This document shows positions 58,801 to 64,000 of a stretch of 64,000 nucleotides of DNA, in pieces. The DNA comes from Eukaryota sp. TZLM1-RC (taxonomy: Eukaryota; Protista; Metamonada: BaSk clade). The stretch's first letter is position 1; each line of letters begins with the position of its first letter. Where the stretch lies: NCBI GenBank assembly GCA_040285825.1, contig JAUPSS010000003.1, positions 2,356,001 to 2,420,000 on the forward strand, written 5' to 3'. The notes under the pieces were generated by a model, which saw only the letters and a list, made by a program, of their open reading frames with translations, had not been told where the DNA came from and searched no databases. Position numbers and translations under genes: made by a program.

Positions 58801-60439
58801 CAATTGCTTGGTGATGGTGTTTTTATAACTTTTGTCAATCCACTTGTAATACAAGGAACCATTTCACAATGATAATGAGTCAAGAGCACAGACCAAAAGA
58901 CTATCTATCAAGTGTTCTTGTGCAGTTTCACACAACCATTTTTTATTGAAAAACAATGTTTTGTTCAGGTGGTTGATTCGATTCTAGTGTTGAGTTATTA
59001 TGAAGTAACACTACAAAAAACAACGAGTTTCTACCAAATAGTGAAATAAATTGTGTAGCAGACAGTAATTGTTGACTTAACCGGTATCTGATGTTCAACA
59101 TCTAGAAAAATTTCTTTTTCATACTAAGAACAAGATGGAGCATTTGTCCAATACTCTATATTAGCAAACCAAAACTACAGATTATTGAACGTTGTGGAGA
59201 ACTCAAGAATCTCAAATTCTATGCAGGAATTGTGTATTACTTGTGTGTAATTTAACCAAAAACTATTCACAAACTAACATCAAAATGAGGAATGAGAAAA
59301 GAATGACGTTAAACAATCAAACAAAAACTATTTACTTGATGTTGTTGAGCTGAAAGGATAACACAAAAACTAATCACTAGTACGAAAAAAACTAATACTA
59401 AAATGTGAAAGACATTAGGACAATGTGATTGATGTTGACAGTTCAACTATTCATAAAATCATAATTGATTAAAAAATAAATAACTTAATTTCTATTATTT
59501 TAATTGAAATAAGATAAAACATTTGTTAAAATTTTAGTTTTATTATTTAGTGGCATTCGGAAACCCGAAATATACTTCCAATTATAGTGAATAAACACGG
59601 TTAACACGTGTTAATATGTGTTAATGATTTCACCAACGTGTTAACACTGTTCAACCGGAATATGAAATTTCATAAATTAAAGCTTATTAATGTTAGCCTT
59701 GGATAATATTTATAATAGTTTATTCATAGTTTATTAATAGTTATTGTTTTATTGCGCCCATGCGCTTAAGTTAAGGGAAATCCTCATTCCCTTGTAATGA
59801 ATTACTCTACTTTTCATATAAGGTCATGTCCCGTCATAACACCCGCAGATCATCAATACGTATTGGATCACCTTTGGGTGGTTCCATTGACACCTCCGAG
59901 ACTGTTAGGACTGATCCTCCTACGTCTTACCTTTCGAGTTCTTCCTCCCGAACTCCTCAGTCGGGACCAGAATAACCCTTGACAACTGGGTCCGAGGGAA
60001 GCAATGCTTCTTCTCCTCATGTGTCAACTCCTTTTTCTGGAGATTCTGTCACAAAACCCAATGCTTCAAGTTCTTCCTCCCAAACTCCTCAGTTGGGAAC
60101 AGAACTACCCTCTGGTGGCGAGAGAAGTGATACTTCTTCTCACCTTCCGGGTCAAGGTTCCACTCCATCCACGGATTTTCATGTGGTTCCTATCAGTCTT
60201 CCTGTTCCTCCCTCTAATGTGGAAAACTTTGTACCTCTTTCTCCTCCCCCTGGTTCTGAAGGAGAGGTTGAAAATTCCCTTTTAGGTCCTGAACAGTTCA
60301 GTACTTAAGATGAATATCTGAAGTATATTATCAACCAGACTGACCCTGACTCGGCTAGCAACAAGATATCTGAGCTGTTGAAGTTCAAGATGGTAGAGTC
60401 TCCCTCTTCACCTATTGTTTGCGCTCCTGTCATCCCTTC

Positions 60440-60552
60440 CACTTCTTCTACGGAAACTCCTGAGGAAGGACAACGAGCTCTTTTTACCCCTTCTACGGAA
60501 ATTCCTGAGGAAGGACAACGAGCTCTTTCTACTCCTTCTACGGAAGTTCCTA
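60440..60552 (+). repeat. 45-bp coding tandem repeat (~2.5 copies) in gag
   Basis: cttctacggaaa(c/t)tcctgaggaaggacaacgagctcttt x2, encoding STEtPEEGQRAL. Confidence 0.85.
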
Positions 60553-61474
60553 TGGAAAGCAGCCCTCCGCAACAACCAGCTCCTCCTGCAGTCCCTGCTG
60601 GTAACTCTAATCCTACTACTCCTTCTCGAGAAGTTCCTGTAGCAGATCTTCCTGATACTTCTGCTCCTACTACGGTAGCTCCTACAGAAATCCATTCAAC
60701 TCCACCTGTTCCTCCTTCGGGAGTTCCTACTAGAGGAGTAATTCATATCCCTCCAACCTCTGGCCAGACTCCTCAGCAAGGTCACGTTGTTTCTTCTGTT
60801 CCTGCTGCTTGGCAGGTGCTTAGTGCTGCACAGCCTAACACCTATCAAGCTCCAAGCCAGCCCCAGGAATCAGATTCTCCTTTCATCTCTACTCAGCAAA
60901 GAACTGAGGCTCAAAACTTAGTTCTCAATGCTGGTATTGAGTTAATGCAAGGAGATCCTGCATCGATTCCTCCCAATGAACTCATTGCTGCTTTACCCCC
61001 ATTTTGGGGTCCAGAAGTGGTTATTGATCATGGCTTTAGGATCCGCAGAAGAATAGGCCCCTACTTCCCAACGGAGGAAGTAGACAATCTCACGGTTCGT
61101 TGTGACCCTCCTTCAAATTATCCTCAACGGGAGACTGTTGGAGGGTTCAGGACTCCTCGTGAAGGTGTACAAAGGATCTTCGCTGGTGATAAGCTGAATC
61201 TCTTCCTCAACCGATGTAATTCTTGTCCTTTTCCCAGGTTTAGCCCTGGATACAATGCTTCTCTTGATATTTTTATCAACAGAGACTTCAGGACTAGATG
61301 GTAGTACACCTACACTACGAACTATCAGAGATTGTACCTTCAAGAGCGCAGACCAGACCATTGCGCGTCATGTTTTGGTCCAGAGCACAGAAGGAATAGG
61401 TCTCTAAGGGATGCCCTTATGAATGTACATGAGAACATTGGTGTCACCAATTCAAGTTCTCTACTTTGGGTTAA

Positions 61475-61520
61475 TATTGATGGTAATGTGGAAAGTTTAT
61501 TGATGGTAATGTGGAAAGTT
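61475..61520 (+). repeat. Perfect 23-bp tandem duplication that frameshifts gag
   Basis: tattgatggtaatgtggaaagtt x2. Confidence 0.9.
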
Positions 61521-64000
61521 ACTATCCGAGTGATCATGACCCAGTAGAATTGAGAACCTCTGATCCTGACCCAGTGGATTCAGACACTGTTTTCTCATCT
61601 TTGAGCATTGAGCCTCAAGATGATCAACAAGATGAGCCGATGGCGACTACTGACACTTTTGAGACGGTGCAACAACCTGTAGTTGTCCAACCACAAGATC
61701 CATCAACTCCTTCCTTGGTTCCTCAGGACCCTAGGCTCCTAGGAGTAACTCCATCTAATACTCCCGTAACTCCTCAGTATTCTAACACTCTACTGATGGA
61801 AGCTATGGCGAGTTCACAAGATAGAGACAGAGATAGACAAAGAGGTGGTCGTCCTAGAAAACCCACCCTGGAAGCCAACGATATCTCTGAACCAGTAAGG
61901 ATCTTGAAATTCATCGACAGATTTATTCTGTATGCTAGGACTGAGAGGACCATTGAAGAGAGAGATATCAATGAATCTGATCCTACTCAAGTCAGACTAG
62001 CAAGAGAAGTGTCTGAACTAAGAAGGCAACTTGAGGAACGTTCTCGTCCTCCTGCCACTCCTCAATCCATTAGCAGAGAAAACCGGAACCTCCCTCTCGA
62101 TCAGAGATATGGTAACCCCCTCCACGAGTGGGACCGATTCAGAGCTGCTGCTCAAGTCAACCCTCGTAGGATTGCCTCCTGTGTTACTCCAGAGTGCTTG
62201 GCCGCTCTGAGAGCTCAAGGCAGGTTTTCGTCTATGTCTGATAGTATCTCAGCTATCGACAACATTAATGAGGAGCAAATATGGGAATCAATTTTACACC
62301 TCAGCCAGTATAGTACATTAGAAACGGCGAGGAATCAGTTATATAGAGTCCAGATGAATTGGAATATTCAGGACTTTAGGAATCGCTGGGGCGACTTCAC
62401 TGTGAGCTTAATGAGAACAGTTTCACGAAGTACTGCCATTTCTGACGTCAGGGCAAGCGACCGTGCCTTGTATGGTCAACATTTCCTACAGCGCATTCAA
62501 AACTGGGAAATTGCAACCCATATGATTGATTCTGTTGGTATTCAGGCCATCAGCGACAATCTGAGAACTGTATGGTCCACACCCAATGTTTGGCAACACC
62601 ATACATTAGAACAATTTGCTGACATCCTGGCTGCTGAATACATGAGTTGGTGTTCAGCAAGATCCTATGATGAGCAAAGGGCCAACATCAGTGACAGCTA
62701 TCAACAACATATGGGTCACTATGTTAGAGTAAACCCAAAGGACGAGAAACGAATAGGCAAATTTAAGCCTGCGGGTTCCAGCGTCGCCCCTGCTCAACTT
62801 AACAAAAGGAGCAAGTCGCAAATTAAGAAAAAAAAAGGTAAAGCTGGTCTCTGTAGATTCTGTGGTATTCCAGGCCACACTATTAACGAATGTCCCGACC
62901 CTGATTGCCAGCGATCCAAGCAATGGCGAGATGCCAACCCAGATGCAGTTCAAGCATATTTGGCAAGAGGTAGTAGTAGTAGTAGTAGAGGCAGAGGTAG
63001 ACGTAGAGGAAGAGGCAAGGGCCCTTCCAGCAGTAATAAACGTTCACATAAATATCCACTGTTTACTATAGAGCAAGATAGCTCTCCAACAAGTAATACA
63101 CCAAAGCAACGTTCAAACAAATGTTCATTGTTTACTATAGAGCAAGACAGCTCTCCAACATGTAAAACACCAAACATAAAACAAACCTCAGTCTCCAACC
63201 AGTAGATTAAGTGTTTAACTAATCCTTTGACTACCCGGAATCTCAAAACAGCTACAACGATAGAAACACCAAATAAACCCTGTTTCAATCATGAGTTCGA
63301 CTCGAACCCAGTCTCAGAGTCCCACAGCGATATCTTCATGGTTCGCACCTCAGATGTCGCACGCAAAAATTTAAAATTGAAATTTTCAATAAATAACTGC
63401 GAAACAGAAGGGATCATCGACACTGGAGCTTCGATATCAGTCATCACTGTTGATTTAGCAGAGAGATGCAACATGGTTAAGACTAACCATTGCATAAACT
63501 TTAAGTCTGCAAACAACATCATGTCAAAGTCTTTAGGATCAGCAGAAGGCACACTGAGCTTCAGACTCGGTAGTGTAACCCAACTAGTTCATGTGAAACA
63601 TAGCTTGGCCATCATTCCTGGCAACAATATGTTGCTAATTGGTAGAGACCTGTTGCATCACCTAGGCTTATTGAACGATGAAGGCCTCTTCATCAAGATG
63701 GATGAGGAACATCGTACATTACTTCTGCCTGAGGCTGAATTCGACCATCGAATCTCCCAAGTCTCAGATGTCGTCAACGTCCCCAGACGTTGGTTGGAGC
63801 ACATACAGTCTTTTGGTTGTACTGATAACCTCGACTGTGATAACGACAAGAAGACCTTACTTCTAACCTTGAAAGAGTTCGAAGAGACATTCACCCTTAA
63901 GCCGCATGCTGATGGGATTGACTGTCCTCCAATGGAGATCAACTTTCATGATGAAAGTATTCGAGTCAGACGACCCCCTCGTAGGTTAAACCCCGAGAAG

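Larger units (their letters stand above)
59691..64000 (+). mobile_element. Ty3/gypsy LTR retrotransposon family 2 (runs off the window)
   Basis: Terminus TGTTAGCC. Long gag from ATG 59826 with stops and a frameshift, knuckle CRFCGIPGHTINEC, RG tract. Protease EGIIDTGASISVI..LLIGRDLL and RT start DGIDCPPMEI..PRRLNPEK are homologous to family 1. Confidence 0.92.

Noticed and set aside
13092-63205. Alternative genetic code (TAA/TAG read as Gln), suggested by many in-frame TAA/TAG
   Set aside because: Conserved host genes end at their expected C-termini with TAA (eIF3g, TBCC) and TAG (akirin, RanBP1). Stops in the transposons replace different residues (Tyr of YIDD, Leu and Gln relative to the sister gag copy), consistent with decay.

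Overview
AT-rich eukaryotic DNA, most likely from a flagellated protist with compact, apparently intron-less genes and the standard genetic code. The taxon cannot be fixed from sequence alone. Host genes are scattered among many transposon remnants: a BTB/BACK protein, eIF3g, RanBP1, akirin, an LRR/EF-hand protein, TBCC, an LRR-IQ protein, a large type I membrane protein, a disrupted BTB gene and two tRNA-Lys. The mobile elements are hAT and Tc1/IS630 remnants, two Ty3/gypsy families, an intact 2.2-kb Mutator/MULE with a 9-bp TSD nested in a gypsy integrase, and many fragments of REL-endonuclease (CRE/R2-type) non-LTR retrotransposons. The main result is a degenerate Fanzor1 (eukaryotic TnpB-like RNA-guided nuclease) at about 26.4-28.2 kb. 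It keeps all three RuvC acidic residues, and its C-terminus runs in frame, without a stop, into the host akirin gene. Other notable signals: an unannotated ~200-nt GC-rich, highly structured island at 29.3 kb; strong enrichment of TTTTGACC and TGACGT/TCACGTGA motifs inside some gene bodies; and a 65-bp retro-insertion whose TSD creates a frame-preserving GT-AG intron candidate. All identifications come from motif recognition by eye; no searches were run.
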